Assembly (NCBI GenBank): GCA_000437315.1
Contig: FR899419.1
Coordinates: forward strand, 16,156 to 80,155
Reading direction: 5' to 3'
DNA length: 64,000 bases
Origin: Mycoplasma sp. CAG:472
Lineage (GTDB): Bacteria > Bacillota_I > Bacilli_A > RF39 > UBA660
Below the pieces are notes generated by a model. The model saw only the letters and a list, made by a program, of their open reading frames with translations. It made no database searches and was not told the DNA's origin. Within the stretch, counting starts at the first letter, position 1. Every line of letters begins with the position of its first letter. The translations under genes were made by a program, and so were the position numbers. Positions 9,512 through 25,900 of this stretch are shown piece by piece.

Positions 9512-10618
9512 TTAATTTAAATACCAAAGTTTTTCACCATCTTTGAAAACTTCATCAATAAAGCCACATCCAAGACACTCTTCTCCATCATAAAATACAC
9601 ACGCTTGACCTGGTGTTACACTTTTGGCTTTACCTTTATAAATGACTCTTATTTTATTATTTTCAAGATATTCTAAAGCGCATGGATGATCTTCTCCCCT
9701 ATAACGGAATTTACAAGTACAAAATGAAGGTCTTTTACTAGAAATAAAGTTTACATTATCTACAGTACATTCATCTGAATATAAATACTCACTTTCACCA
9801 AAAGCAACATATAATATATTTTTCTTTGTATCTTTACCACATACATAATGTCTTTGTTCATCACCAGAAAGTCCAACATTTTTTCTTTGACCTATTGTAT
9901 AATTCATAAGTCCCATATGTGTGCCTATCTTTTCACCTGTTTCTACATTAATAATATCACCAGGATTAGGTTTTAAATAGTTTGCCATAAATTTTTGAAA
10001 GTTTCTTTCTCCTATAAAACATATTCCAGTAGAATCTTTTTTATCAAATACAGGAATTCCTACTTCTTTAGCAATTTGTCTTATTTCAGGTTTTGTATAA
10101 TCTCCAATTGGAAAAAGTACATCTTTAAAATTATTTACATTTACATCCGCTAAAAAATAAGTTTGATCTTTATTTAAATCTTTTGCTCTTAAAAGTTTAT
10201 TACCATTTATTCTAGCATAATGACCTGTTGCTATATAATCTGCTCCAAGTCGTCTTGCTTCTTTTACAAATAAATCAAATTTAATATATTTATTACAAAG
10301 CATATCTGGATTAGGTGTTCTACCTTTTTTTAATTCCTCTAAAAAATAGGTAAATACATAGTCCCAATACTCTTTAATAAAATCTATTCTATGAAGCTCT
10401 ATACCTAAAAATTCACATACTTTTTTAGCATCATTATAATCTTTTTCCTGTGGACAAATATCATTTGTATCATTAGGATTTCCTAATATATCATTATTAA
10501 TATTACTATCCCAGTTACGCATAAAAAGACCTACTACTTCGTAGCCTTCCTTTTTAAGTAAATAAGCACCTACTGCACTATCTACTCCTCCACTTAATCC
10601 AATAACAACTTTTTTCAT
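9512..10618 (-). CDS. mnmA: tRNA-specific 2-thiouridylase MnmA
   Basis: PP-loop SGGVDSAV at the N-terminus, GHYAR, catalytic Cys context (KKDSTGICFIG). Length 368 aa. Confidence 0.95.
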   Translation of the reverse strand: MKKVVIGLSGGVDSAVGAYLLKKEGYEVVGLFMRNWDSNINNDILGNPNDTNDICPQEKDYNDAKKVCEFLGIELHRIDFIKEYWDYVFTYFLEELKKGRTPNPDMLCNKYIKFDLFVKEARRLGADYIATGHYARINGNKLLRAKDLNKDQTYFLADVNVNNFKDVLFPIGDYTKPEIRQIAKEVGIPVFDKKDSTGICFIGERNFQKFMANYLKPNPGDIINVETGEKIGTHMGLMNYTIGQRKNVGLSGDEQRHYVCGKDTKKNILYVAFGESEYLYSDECTVDNVNFISSKRPSFCTCKFRYRGEDHPCALEYLENNKIRVIYKGKAKSVTPGQACVFYDGEECLGCGFIDEVFKDGEKLWYLN

Positions 10619-10704
10619 ATTTCATCACAAACATATAATATCACATTTTATTTTATTTTACTACTTTAATTTAAATAGAATTTATGATATAGTAATTAAG
10701 TAAT

Positions 10705-10780
10705 TACCCAGTAGCCAAGCGGTAAGGCATCAGGTTCTGGTCCTGACATTCCATGGGTTCGAATCCTATCTGGGTAACCA
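10705..10780 (+). tRNA. tRNA-Gln (anticodon CUG), CCA encoded
   Basis: Folds by hand as acceptor TACCCAG/CTGGGTA, D-arm GCC-AAGCGGTAA-GGC, anticodon arm TCAGG-TTCTGGT-CCTGA, T-arm ATGGG-TTCGAAT-CCTAT. Near-identical D and T regions to E. coli tRNA-Gln. G at position 37 and a 6-nt variable region are slightly unusual. Confidence 0.8.
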
Positions 10781-10790
10781 AATATATAAT

Positions 10791-10826
10791 AACTTTCCTT
10801 ATTTTAAGGAAAGTTTTATTTTTTTA
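10791..10826 (+). terminator. Rho-independent terminator after tRNA-Gln
   Basis: AACTTTCCTT-ATTTT-AAGGAAAGTT perfect 10-bp hairpin followed by TTATTTTTTT. Confidence 0.65.
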
Positions 10827-10867
10827 CCCCAACTTTTACCACCAAAATAAAAAAAGCGCCGAAGCAC

Positions 10868-13036
10868 TTAAAACCTTGAGGGATTAATAGTAATTTGTAC
10901 ATCAACATCTTTATTTAAAACATATTTTTTATCAATATTTGAAAGGACATCAAAAAGATTATCAATTGTTTTATATTTAATAATAATTCCAAAATGATAT
11001 AAATTATTTATTCTAAACATACCCGCAGGTGTTGGTCCTAAAATAATTTTATTTTTAATTTCTTTGTTTAAATAACCCTTTATTAAATTGGATTCTTTAC
11101 TAGCAATTTCATAACTTTTACTAATTATCATAATATGAGCAATATAGCAAAATGGTGGATAAAAAAGTTTATGGCGAATATCAAGTTCATATTTAAAGAA
11201 GCTTTCATAATCATTATTTTTAACATACTCTAAAACTTTATTATCAGGATTAAATGTTTGAATTAAAACTTCTCCAGGAGCATTTCCTCTTCCTGCTCTT
11301 CCTGATGTTTGATATAAAAGAGAAAATGTTTTTTCATTAGCTCTAAAATCTGGTATATTTAAGGATGTATCAGCATTAATAATACCCACTAAAGTAACAA
11401 GTGAAAAATCAAGGCCTTTACTAATCATTTGCGTACCTAAAAGTATATCATATTTATGTGCAGAAAAATCATCAATAATTCTTTGATAACTACCTTTTTT
11501 TGATGTAGTATCTTGGTCCATTCTAATAATATTTGCCTCTTTGAAAAGAGTTTTTAGTTCTTCCTCAACTTTTTGAGTACCAAGGCCTAAATAATTAAGA
11601 GCATCTTCATTACAGTTTGGACACATTTCATCCTTTTTAATATTATATGAACAATAATGACATCTTAAACTATTACTTGTCTTATGATATGTTAAGGTTA
11701 TATCACAGTTTGGACATTTATATGTATAACCACAATTTGAACAAGTTACAAATGTAGAAAAACCTCTCCTGTTTAAAAGAAGTATTACTTGCTCTTTTTT
11801 TGCTAACCTATCACTAATTTTAGAGATTAATTCTTTTGATAAGAATTTTCCTCCTTCATATTTCATATCAATTAAATATGTTTTAGGAAGCGGTGCATTA
11901 TTTGCTCTTTTGTTAATTGTAACAAGATGATATACATCTTTTAAAGTTCTTGCTTTTGATTCAAGACTAGGAGTTGCACTAGCAAGTACTAAAGGTATCC
12001 CAAGTTCCTTTGCTCTAAAATTTGCTACATCAATTGCATCATATCGTGGAGAGCTATCTTGTTTATAACTATCTGAATGTTCTTCATCAATAATTATTAA
12101 ACCTAAGTTTTTAATTGGTACAAATATACTACTTCGAGTTCCTACAACTATTTTAACTTCTCCTTTATATATTTTCATATATTCATCATACTTTTCGCCA
12201 GTAGAAAGTCCACTATGGAAAATAGCTACAAGTGATCCAAATCTTTTATAAAATCTTTGAACAGTTTGCGTAGTTAAACATATTTCAGGAACAAGTACAA
12301 TAACAGTTTTACCTATTTTTAATACTTCATCAATAAGAGCCATATAAGTTTCAGTTTTACCACATCCAGTAACCCCCTGAAATAAATATACATTATAAGA
12401 ATTTATTCCTTTATTCATTATTTCAAAAGCTTTAGTTTGCTCTTCATTTAATGTAACAGGTATGCTTTTTTCATCACCGATATTAATACGATATTTTTCT
12501 TTTTTAACTTCCTTTACTAAACCTTTTTTAACAAGAGTATTTAAACTACTACCTACTACTTCTTTTTTATTTATAAATTCACTATTTAAAAGTTTATCTA
12601 ATATAATTACTTGATTTTGATATCTTTCATTTTCTAAAATATATTTATTTATAATATTTTTAGCTTTATTTAAAGTAATAAATGTATCATATTTCTTATA
12701 ATCTTTATTATCACTTTTTATTTTAAGTGATGGAGGCATCATTACCTCAATTGCACTTATAAGTGGACACAAAGTAGTTTTTTTTAAATAATAAGCCATT
12801 TTAAGTTGCTCGTCATTTACAATAAAATTATCATTTATAGAAATAATTTCTTTCATTTCATAATCACATTTATTAGAGTTTATCCCAATAACTATTCCAT
12901 TAATAACTCCTTTGTTAAAGGGAACAACTACTTTCATACCAACTTTTAAAGTATCCTTAAATTTATTTGGAATTATATATGAAAATATTTTATCTAATGA
13001 TTTAACTGGATATTCAATTATTACATCTGCCTTCAT
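10868..13036 (-). CDS. priA: Primosomal replication restart helicase PriA
   Basis: Walker A GVTGCGKTE, DEEH box (IIIDEEHSDSYKQ), two Cys4 zinc clusters (CSNCGY..CPNCD, CHYCSY..CPNC). Length 722 aa. UUCG-loop hairpin plus T7 at 10847-10867 after the stop. Confidence 0.95.
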   Translation of the reverse strand: MKADVIIEYPVKSLDKIFSYIIPNKFKDTLKVGMKVVVPFNKGVINGIVIGINSNKCDYEMKEIISINDNFIVNDEQLKMAYYLKKTTLCPLISAIEVMMPPSLKIKSDNKDYKKYDTFITLNKAKNIINKYILENERYQNQVIILDKLLNSEFINKKEVVGSSLNTLVKKGLVKEVKKEKYRINIGDEKSIPVTLNEEQTKAFEIMNKGINSYNVYLFQGVTGCGKTETYMALIDEVLKIGKTVIVLVPEICLTTQTVQRFYKRFGSLVAIFHSGLSTGEKYDEYMKIYKGEVKIVVGTRSSIFVPIKNLGLIIIDEEHSDSYKQDSSPRYDAIDVANFRAKELGIPLVLASATPSLESKARTLKDVYHLVTINKRANNAPLPKTYLIDMKYEGGKFLSKELISKISDRLAKKEQVILLLNRRGFSTFVTCSNCGYTYKCPNCDITLTYHKTSNSLRCHYCSYNIKKDEMCPNCNEDALNYLGLGTQKVEEELKTLFKEANIIRMDQDTTSKKGSYQRIIDDFSAHKYDILLGTQMISKGLDFSLVTLVGIINADTSLNIPDFRANEKTFSLLYQTSGRAGRGNAPGEVLIQTFNPDNKVLEYVKNNDYESFFKYELDIRHKLFYPPFCYIAHIMIISKSYEIASKESNLIKGYLNKEIKNKIILGPTPAGMFRINNLYHFGIIIKYKTIDNLFDVLSNIDKKYVLNKDVDVQITINPSRF

Positions 13037-13523
13037 TTTTCCTCCATATATGAATTAAAAATACTAGTAAAGAAAGCATTATTATACCTATAAAAATATA
13101 TAAATAATTATTAAGTAAAAATGCATAAATAGCGCCAAAATTACTTATAACAAGTACTACTTTACCAAATACTTTACTTTTATCAATTTCTTCACCATCA
13201 TTAAATTTATTACTATCACCTTTAGTTTTATAATAACCAGATTTAATTGAAATAACTCTATGAGTATTGACAAAATTTTCATTTGTTTTAAAGGAGATTA
13301 CATCATTAACTTTATAACTATCCTCTTTTTTAACTATTACTAAATCACCAACATTTATATATGGTAGCATACTTGATCCAGTATTTATAAAACTTGTATA
13401 ACCAAATACATAAGGAATTTTTTTTAAAACTATTTTTTGATATGCAAAAGAAATTGTGATATAAAGAAAAAACATCACAACGATAGTAAGTAATATTAAT
13501 ATTATTTTTCTAAATACTTTCAT
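13014..13523 (-). CDS. Signal peptidase I, ER/archaeal (SipW-like, Ser/His) type
   Basis: N- and C-terminal TM segments, catalytic Ser box NTGSSMLPYINVGDLVIV, His box VNTHRVISI, and TKGDSN box. These match SipW/S26B rather than the Ser/Lys LepB type. Confidence 0.8.
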   Translation of the reverse strand: MKVFRKIILILLTIVVMFFLYITISFAYQKIVLKKIPYVFGYTSFINTGSSMLPYINVGDLVIVKKEDSYKVNDVISFKTNENFVNTHRVISIKSGYYKTKGDSNKFNDGEEIDKSKVFGKVVLVISNFGAIYAFLLNNYLYIFIGIIMLSLLVFLIHIWRKNEGRCNN

Positions 13524-13568
13524 AAAAAAATTATATCATTATTTTATATTTTATTAAAGGAAAAGAAA

Positions 13569-13820
13569 CTACTTTGATTTAGTTTCTTTTTGAATTTCAC
13601 TAACTAACTTATTATAGTCTTTCTCAGTTATGTCTATTGATTTCAAAATAAGTTCTTTAGATGCACCATTTTTAATAAATTCTTTTGCAATAGCAAGATT
13701 ATTTTCTTCAATAGCTAACTCTTTCATTTCTGCTTCGTGAAACTTTTTAGGATCATAATAAATTAACTCATCATAATTTTTTTGCATAGCATCCAACTCC
13801 TTTACAATTCTTAGCATCAT
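13569..13820 (-). CDS. Hypothetical small helical protein (83 aa)
   Basis: ORF only; no motif recognised. Same strand as its neighbours. Confidence 0.35.
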   Translation of the reverse strand: MMLRIVKELDAMQKNYDELIYYDPKKFHEAEMKELAIEENNLAIAKEFIKNGASKELILKSIDITEKDYNKLVSEIQKETKSK

Positions 13821-13994
13821 TTTATCACCAACAAATACTTTATTATTATTTGTTATGCATATTAGTCATAAATATTCTAAGCTATCCCTATCCAACTTTC
13901 TAATATCATCATATGACATTTTTCTTAATAATGCAACATTTATGTGATATATTGTTAATAAAAAATTTTTAAAAAAAATTAACATTTTTATATG

Positions 13995-15092
13995 CTAATT
14001 TTTCTTTCTTAGACTTTTTACAAGTTCAGTGGCCCTAGCTTTACCATTTAAAAGTGGTGAAATACTTTGACCTAAATATAATTTATAAATAATTTCAGAG
14101 ATATTTTCTGAACAATCAACCTCTTCGAACCAAGGCTCGTTTTTAATATCTTCGTCTAAATAAGTAAGATTTGTTGAATATACTTTAGAAATAATACCTT
14201 TATTATAATATTCTTCGAATTTTTCTTTTCCTTCGGTAAATAGTGAGAATGTTGCAGCAAGAGAAATATTTTTAGCACCACGTTCTTTCATCATTTTAGC
14301 GCAGTCTAATATAGACCCACCTGATGCTATCATATCATCCACAATAAGTAAGTTTTTACCACATACATCTTTACCTAAATATTCATGAGCCACAACTGGG
14401 TTTTTACCATTAACAATTTTACTTAAATCTCTTCGTTTATAACAAATACCTACATCAGTACCAAGCATATCTGCATAGTATCTTGCTCTATCCATAGCAC
14501 CTACATCTGGTGATATTACTAAATAATTATCTGGATTATTAAACATATTTTGATCATTTTTCATCATTGATTCAATTATATTTGTGGTAACATAAAAACT
14601 ATCAAATGAAGAACATGGTATAGCATTTTGAATATTTGGATCATGTGCATCAAATGTAATTATTTCTTTTACTCCTAACCTTTCAAGTTCCTGAAGGGCC
14701 ATTGCACAATCTAATGACTCTCTTCCTTTTCTACGATGTTGTCTTGATTCATATAAAAGTGGCATTATTACACTTATTCTATTAGCATGTCCCATACAAG
14801 CACAAATAAATCTTTTTAAATCTTGAAAATGTTCATCAGGACTCATATAGGAAGTTTTATGATACATTTCATAGTCTATGCTATGATTTCCTATATCACA
14901 TAAAATATAAACATCATCATTTCTAATAGACTCATTAATAAGGGCTTTTGCTTCCCCATTATTAAATCTTGGATTTGAGGTATCCACGATAAAAGTATTA
15001 TCTGTATTAAAGGCTTTTTTTAAATAAGCATCTACTTTTTCTCCTAAAGGTTTTGCACCTTTCATAACAATTAATTTTAGATCTTTTTCCAT
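13995..15092 (-). CDS. prs: Ribose-phosphate pyrophosphokinase (long form)
   Basis: PRPP-binding loop LLIVDDMIASGGSI and the VISPDVGA motif. Start moved to MEKDLKLIV (ATG 15090-15092) because the track start reads through the GGGAGGAAAT RBS. Confidence 0.85.
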   Translation of the reverse strand: MEKDLKLIVMKGAKPLGEKVDAYLKKAFNTDNTFIVDTSNPRFNNGEAKALINESIRNDDVYILCDIGNHSIDYEMYHKTSYMSPDEHFQDLKRFICACMGHANRISVIMPLLYESRQHRRKGRESLDCAMALQELERLGVKEIITFDAHDPNIQNAIPCSSFDSFYVTTNIIESMMKNDQNMFNNPDNYLVISPDVGAMDRARYYADMLGTDVGICYKRRDLSKIVNGKNPVVAHEYLGKDVCGKNLLIVDDMIASGGSILDCAKMMKERGAKNISLAATFSLFTEGKEKFEEYYNKGIISKVYSTNLTYLDEDIKNEPWFEEVDCSENISEIIYKLYLGQSISPLLNGKARATELVKSLRKKN

Positions 15093-15128
15093 ATTTCCTC
15101 CCATAAAAAATAAATTAGAAAAACTAAT

Positions 15129-15314
15129 TTATTTACATTTACCATCACCTGGTTTTTCACCAGCAACGTATTCCTGGCCAATCATTGAGCAGCTTGTTTT
15201 AGTGATAGAGTCTTTTAAATAACCACCAAAATAGTTAACTAAAGCAATTGCAAGTACACTTACAAGAGCAATAATTAAAATATATTCTACTAAAGCTTGT
15301 CCTTTTTTATTCAT
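15129..15314 (-). CDS. Flp/class-III-signal-like small pilin (61 aa), last gene of the F1-like operon
   Basis: MNKKGQALVEYILIIALVSVLAIALV fits the Flp-type G-xxxxEY motif plus a hydrophobic helix. It lies 42 nt downstream of the gamma-like gene. Confidence 0.5.
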   Translation of the reverse strand: MNKKGQALVEYILIIALVSVLAIALVNYFGGYLKDSITKTSCSMIGQEYVAGEKPGDGKCK

Positions 15315-15356
15315 ACATTAACCTCACTATCATTTTATCTTAACTTACATTTTTTG

Positions 15357-16154
15357 TCAATTATCATCATCATCTTCATTATTTGTAAATATTACTTTTT
15401 TAGAGTTTTCAATATTTTTCTTAAGATCTTTTTCACGAATCTTTCTAAGTTCACGAAGTTTTTCTTCCATTTCAAGTTCATCAAGTTTCTTAAGTGCTGA
15501 AGAAGTCATCGCATTTCTAATAACGTTTTCACTTGCCCAAGAAAATATTTCACATATTTCAAGTTCATAACAAACATAATAAACGATTAAATTATTTATA
15601 AAACTTTTAATATCAGTTTCTATTAAAAAATCAACATTTTCTTTTGCACTTTCATCATAAACTACTGGGAAAACTTGCATACTTGTAAATTCACTTTTTG
15701 AAAAGTTATAATAATGATTATAATAAATAACTATTTTACTATAACTTTTTTCATTAATTGCTTTTGTAAGATATTCTTTTAATCTATCAAGTTCTTTATA
15801 AAAATCATCTTTTGCTATTTTCATAACTGTTTTATCATCTTCATAAGCAATTTTTCTACCAATTATAATTTTATAATCGTCTTTAGTTTCTTTAATCTTT
15901 TGAGAAACAACCTGATTATATGAAGAACAAAAACCATAATCTGAAGCAATATAAATATTAAGTACTGGTTTTGAGGCATCAGGTTCTATCGAATTTTTGT
16001 CAAGAACTATATTATCATTATACATAATCGAAGATATTATTTTAGTAAGAACTGAACTTGTCATACCAAATTCTTCGACTTTACTTTTCGCAGAATTTAT
16101 TCTAACTAGAGAAAATAAATTCATAACTTGTACTATAGGTTTAATATTTTTCAT
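15357..16154 (-). CDS. F1 gamma-like subunit (short, 265 aa)
   Basis: NIYIASDYGFCSSYNQVV resembles the AtpG ITSDRGLAGAYNSNV segment. N- and C-terminal helices (C-terminus NVIRNAMTSSALKKLDELEME..LRELRKIREKD) match the gamma coiled-coil pattern. Confidence 0.55.
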   Translation of the reverse strand: MKNIKPIVQVMNLFSLVRINSAKSKVEEFGMTSSVLTKIISSIMYNDNIVLDKNSIEPDASKPVLNIYIASDYGFCSSYNQVVSQKIKETKDDYKIIIGRKIAYEDDKTVMKIAKDDFYKELDRLKEYLTKAINEKSYSKIVIYYNHYYNFSKSEFTSMQVFPVVYDESAKENVDFLIETDIKSFINNLIVYYVCYELEICEIFSWASENVIRNAMTSSALKKLDELEMEEKLRELRKIREKDLKKNIENSKKVIFTNNEDDDDN

Positions 16155-16161
16155 ATTACAC

Positions 16162-16476
16162 CTACATTATTGTATTAATTCTAGTTTTATAAAACTCATC
16201 TAAATATTTAAAATAATCCGCTATAGCTTCTCCATCTTTAATCTTTCTTGCTTCATCTTTAATATCTTTACTATCAATTAACATTTGGGTAATATCATTA
16301 ATCATTTTCTTACTATCAATTGATATAAGTCCATTTCCGGAAACTTGAAATATCTTTTTTTCATCACTATTAACACTTACGGCATAAGCACATTTAATTG
16401 CTTTATAATTAATAAGTTTTAATACTACATATTCTTCGCCAGTTTCATCACAAAGTGTTTTTCCTACTAAATCCAT
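16162..16476 (-). CDS. Hypothetical soluble protein (104 aa) within the F1-like operon
   Basis: ORF abuts both neighbours (gaps of 1 and 7 nt). No motif recognised. Confidence 0.45.
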   Translation of the reverse strand: MDLVGKTLCDETGEEYVVLKLINYKAIKCAYAVSVNSDEKKIFQVSGNGLISIDSKKMINDITQMLIDSKDIKDEARKIKDGEAIADYFKYLDEFYKTRINTIM

Positions 16477-16477
16477 T

Positions 16478-17203
16478 TTAATCCTCCTTTAATATAGAAA
16501 GAGTATCTATATTTCTATTAAGTAAACTTACATTTTTATTTTTAACTGAGGCATCGTTAATTAAATCAATTATATAATCATTTAAATAAAGTGATGCACC
16601 AGTTATTTTAGTATCTTCATAATAAAATCTACTATTTGCATAATCATAATACATAATATAATTACTATTTACATAAATAAAGCTAAATCTTGAAAGATTT
16701 ATTTCTTTGCCATTATATTTTAAAATGCAAGGTTCAAAAACTACATAAGTATCTTCATTATCATATAAAAAGAAATTATTTTTTAGAGCTTCTTTTTTAT
16801 TATACTTTAACTTAAATAATGATTTATTATCTTCGATAACTGTATACTTTGGTAAACTATAACTCTCATTATTTTTATTATAAAAATAGATTATCATTTT
16901 TTTAGGTAAAATTATTTTAGAAAGTGCTTCAGAATAAATAATTGAATCTTCATCAATTTCATTTCCAGCATTTTTTATATCTATAATACTATCATCCTCA
17001 TATGTAATATGTGCTTCATAAGTATTTTTCTTTAATGCATCATATTGATATACTTTTTCATAAGTACTTTTAAGTTCTACTTTATTAGAGTTATTTATAA
17101 TTCTAACAATAATAATTGTACTTATGATAACTAGTATAAGTCCTAAAATTATAGATACGACAATATAATTTTTCTTAAAAAAATTAATTATTTTCTTTTT
17201 CAT
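16478..17203 (-). CDS. Single-pass membrane-anchored protein (241 aa) within the F1-like operon
   Basis: N-terminal TM segment YIVVSIILGLILVIISTIIIV followed by a beta-rich Asn/Tyr-rich ectodomain. Overlaps the upstream gene by 20 nt. Confidence 0.5.
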   Translation of the reverse strand: MKKKIINFFKKNYIVVSIILGLILVIISTIIIVRIINNSNKVELKSTYEKVYQYDALKKNTYEAHITYEDDSIIDIKNAGNEIDEDSIIYSEALSKIILPKKMIIYFYNKNNESYSLPKYTVIEDNKSLFKLKYNKKEALKNNFFLYDNEDTYVVFEPCILKYNGKEINLSRFSFIYVNSNYIMYYDYANSRFYYEDTKITGASLYLNDYIIDLINDASVKNKNVSLLNRNIDTLSILKED

Positions 17204-17689
17204 TTTTTACCTTCCTAATATCTCTTATAAATTTTAAATGTGTAAACATATAAAAGAATAAGCCAAATAAATTTATTGCTACTTGTAAAAAGAAATAAAT
17301 GTAATTTTCAGTATTTGCAAGTTTTATTTCATTAATTAAATTGGCAAGGTAAATTGTTGAAACATTGACACCATTTATAAGTAAATTTATAAAAAGTGCT
17401 TTCCATTTTAATACTAAAATAAAACTAAGTAATATTAAAATTTCACTAACTACGGCAAAAGAAACGCTAAAATCTAATTTAAAAATAAGAAAATATGTTA
17501 GAAATAAGTAATTAATAATAATTAAACTTAAAGCAAATATTTCATTATTTTTTAGATTTAAAAACATTCCATATAGATTATAATTATTTTTACCTTGCTT
17601 TTTTATAATGAAATAAAGAGCAAAAATAAGAACAAGGAAAAGGGAAAAAACAATTACTAAAAATAAATATTTTTGAATAAATTCTACCA

Positions 17690-17690
<1 letters not shown>
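17184..17690 (-). CDS. Polytopic membrane protein (168 aa, ~5 TM), possible degenerate a-subunit analogue
   Basis: Five hydrophobic segments. The last helix, QVAINLFGLFFYMF, is reminiscent of the a-subunit LRLFGN motif but has Asn where the essential Arg would be. This is a weak similarity. Confidence 0.45.
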
Positions 17691-20605
<2,915 letters not shown>

Positions 20606-20608
20606 AAG

Positions 20609-21348
20609 TCACACATCCCTTTCATTTATGCTATAATCATAAATTCTATCCTGATATTTAATTATAATTCCTTTATATATATCATCACTATAGGAAGTTT
20701 TTACATATGGATTAATATGATTATAATTCTTATTTTTATCACCAGTTATAACTTCAATAACTGGATTTGTTTTTTCTATATTAAGTTCAAAATCTAATAA
20801 AAATCTATTTAACTTAAACTTATGATGTTTTAAATAATCATAAAATACTTTATATTCATCTTCATTAAGCATTTTAGATATTTCATTTATTTGATTATCT
20901 TTATTAAGCATTTTAAGTTTATATATTAGATTTGGACTAAATCTATCGTAAATACTTTGATAATATTTATAATTTTCATCTACTGTATTATTCTTAACAA
21001 AATCAGATATTATTTTATCTTCATCAATCTTAAAAATTGCATCAACTTTATTAGCAATTTTTAAGGCATTACCATTTTCATAATCAGCATTATTATAAAT
21101 ATCAAGAAGTGATTTATCGATACCCTCTTTTACTTCTACCTTCTTTTTATCCTCTTCATAAAATTCATTATTAATTTTTTCTTCATTTGTTTCTTTGTTT
21201 TTTTCCTCTATTTTCTTATCAAGAGCTTGCATAGTCTTAAAGTAATATTTTTGACTATCTTTATTTAAGCTCTCAATAAGTTTTTTTAGAGAAAAGAACA
21301 TTATAACTGAAAGTAATCCAGTTAATATTAAAAGTAATACTATTTCCA

Positions 21349-21349
<1 letters not shown>
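20609..21349 (-). CDS. N-terminally anchored coiled-coil protein (246 aa), possible b/delta-like stator
   Basis: N-terminal TM segment IVLLLILTGLLSVIMFF, then a charged helical stretch (KKIEEKNKETNEEKINNEFYEEDKKKVEVKE), then a ~120-aa globular C-terminus. The position between c-like and alpha-like genes mirrors atpF/atpH. Confidence 0.4.
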
Positions 21350-22940
<1,591 letters not shown>

Positions 22941-22942
22941 TC

Positions 22943-25900
22943 TTACCCTCTTTTCTTATCTTCAGTTCTTGTTGTAGCATTATTTTCACTACCAAGAATA
23001 TAACATTCATTTTTATCAGCATTCCATTTATTTGAGGCAGCGTTTGCAATACATTTTTCCTCAGTATTTAAATCTTTAGTAATAGCTCCTCCTAAATAGA
23101 ATTTATATACTATGTTATAACCAGCACTTCTTAAAAGTAGTTCATCAGTATAAGCGTATGCATTAGCATTTTGACCTTTTGTTCCATTATGTCTAAGTAA
23201 TATTTGATAATAACTATCTCCGACTACGGAACTTTCTGTTGAACCAGTTATATAAATAATCTTATCATCTTCATCAGTACTTAACTCATCAAACATCTTT
23301 GTTCCAGAAATATAAATATTTCCTACTGAACTTTCAATTGAGTTAATTGCATAAGTTATACCTACTACATAAGCCTCTTGCTCTACATAATCTTCATCAG
23401 GTTCTAATGGTACATTATCTTTCATTATATTAGCCGCATAACCAAATCTTAATGTAGTTTCACCATAAATATTTTGATCTTCACCAACATAGTTATCAGC
23501 TATATATTGGACAAGTCCTGTATTAATATGATAATTATTTAATGTAAACATTAAGTATCTATCAAAATGATGTTCTAGAGCAGTTGTTCCATTATTATTA
23601 ATATAAGTATCATACTCTATAATGAAATAATATTGTTTATTTTCATCGAGGTTATTATATCTTGTTTTATTATTTGAACTAAAGATATTTTTAACTTCTT
23701 CAGAGCCACTTACAACCTTATATTCACCATTTTGAAGTATTGCAAGATATGCTTTATAATTACCACTTGTAACAACTTTATCAGGGTCATTAAAGGCAAT
23801 TTTGAAATTTAAATAATAACCACTTGTTGTATTATAATGACTTGCTTTAATAACATCTAGGTTTGGAGCATTAAGACTTCGAACGCTTACACCACTGTTA
23901 TAGATAACTATTTCTTTTTCTCCTGAAGGAGTATCCACTTTAGCAGTCAATTTAGTTTGATAATCTTTACCAAATATAAAACTATCACCAGTTATATCAA
24001 AAGATGCTGACATATCATATTTATTTGATTTAGCGCATGTACTGCCACCTAAAACATTGTAATTATCATCACTACAGTTTTGAATATTTGTAGCACATAC
24101 ACCATCTGCACAAATTTCATAATCTACTGATTTAATACCCATAATATCTGAAATATTATAATTTAAATTTAATAATCTTTGTGAATAATCATCTTTAGAA
24201 TTAATATCAAATGAAGCATCAGTTACTTTTACATCAGCCTCGCTTAAAGTTTTAAATGTATAATTAAATGTTTCATAAAGAGTACTAGATGAATCTGTTA
24301 AATATACTTTCTTACCAGATATCATCATATAGGCTTTTATGTTATATTCAGTATTAATATCAAGACCATATAATGTAATTTCATAAGTAATATCAATCTT
24401 TTTACCAGAATACTCTTCATCATTAAACTTAATAGTTTTTGTTAAATAATCATATTTATAATCAGTTACTACTTTATTATCCACTTTTACACTTTTTAGA
24501 TTTAATAAGTAATTTGAATATGTTTTAATTACATAACTATTACCATTTACTACTCCACTTTGAGAAGTAAGTTCATCTTTATTAATCTTTAATGTATTAT
24601 TTCCTACTTCTAAATAAAGGTATTTAACATTATCTTCATTATCAATATCACTTTCTTTAATACCAGATATTTGCATATTAATTTTAGCTCCATTTATAGT
24701 CGGAGATACTAAATTAATTTTAAGTGATGGTACAACATTTTCATAAGTAAATGTATTATCTAAACTACTTATTTCTGATGTACCAAGTTCTTTTATATCA
24801 ATAGCTTCATAATCTTTATTTAAATATATTGTAACACCTTTTTCATTTACTTTATAATCTACTTTTCTTTCATAGAATATTTCATTTTTATTAGCAAAAT
24901 ATCTTGATGCAAGGTTTTTAAAGTAAATATTTCCTATAAAATAATTATTATTTGCATAAGTATTAGAGCCTGCTCCCGGTTCATCATCATCAACAAAGTA
25001 TCCTCCTGAGGTAAATGGATAATATGCTCCAATTGCATTTTGTGATAAAGTAAAGTTTCTATCAAATAGTAAAACATATTCACCAGTTTCACTTTTTACA
25101 AAAGCATATTTTTTACTAGTATTTCCTAAAAATCCTACTTTGCCTGTATCATATAAACCTTCAAGGGTAACAGTTATATTTTTATTTTTATAACTTTCAA
25201 AAACTGATCCAAAAGTGTTAGAGTAATATAATTTAGAATAATCTAAATATAAACATAAGTCTTCTTCACATGTTCCAATATATGCAGTATGAAGTAAATC
25301 ATTATTTTTATCATATCCTGTATAATTCCATGTTTTTGTTTCACTACCTTTAGTATAAGTTATCTTATTACCTCCGATAGCATCTAAGAATCCTTCAGTT
25401 TTATTATTATTTATATTTTCTATTTTAAATGTAGAACTTCCATCTGATAAAATCAAATTATATGAAGCAACTTTTGATGTTTGACCAGTAAGTTTCATAA
25501 TAAGTAAATTATTATGCATTAACTTATTTTCAGTTTTAAGTATATTATAACTCATTTCAAGAGGACTAATACCATTAAATACTTTTTCATTTACTAAAGC
25601 ATAACTACTTTCATAAGTATCACTTTCAATAAGTTTTACATTAACATGTATTTTATAATTATCAGCATTATTTAAATTATTAATCTTTGCACATTTATAA
25701 GCTGAAGCATTATATGCTCTTAATGGTTTAGGACAAGTAACACTTTCACTAGGATTAATTACTTCATCCTCATTTACAGAATAATATAAATTAAAATCAT
25801 TATTATTAATTGCTTTATCTTTATCAATTATCTCATATTTATATGTAATAAAGTTTTCTGCAGATTCCCAAGCAAACATATAAACTGTTGGTACTTCCTT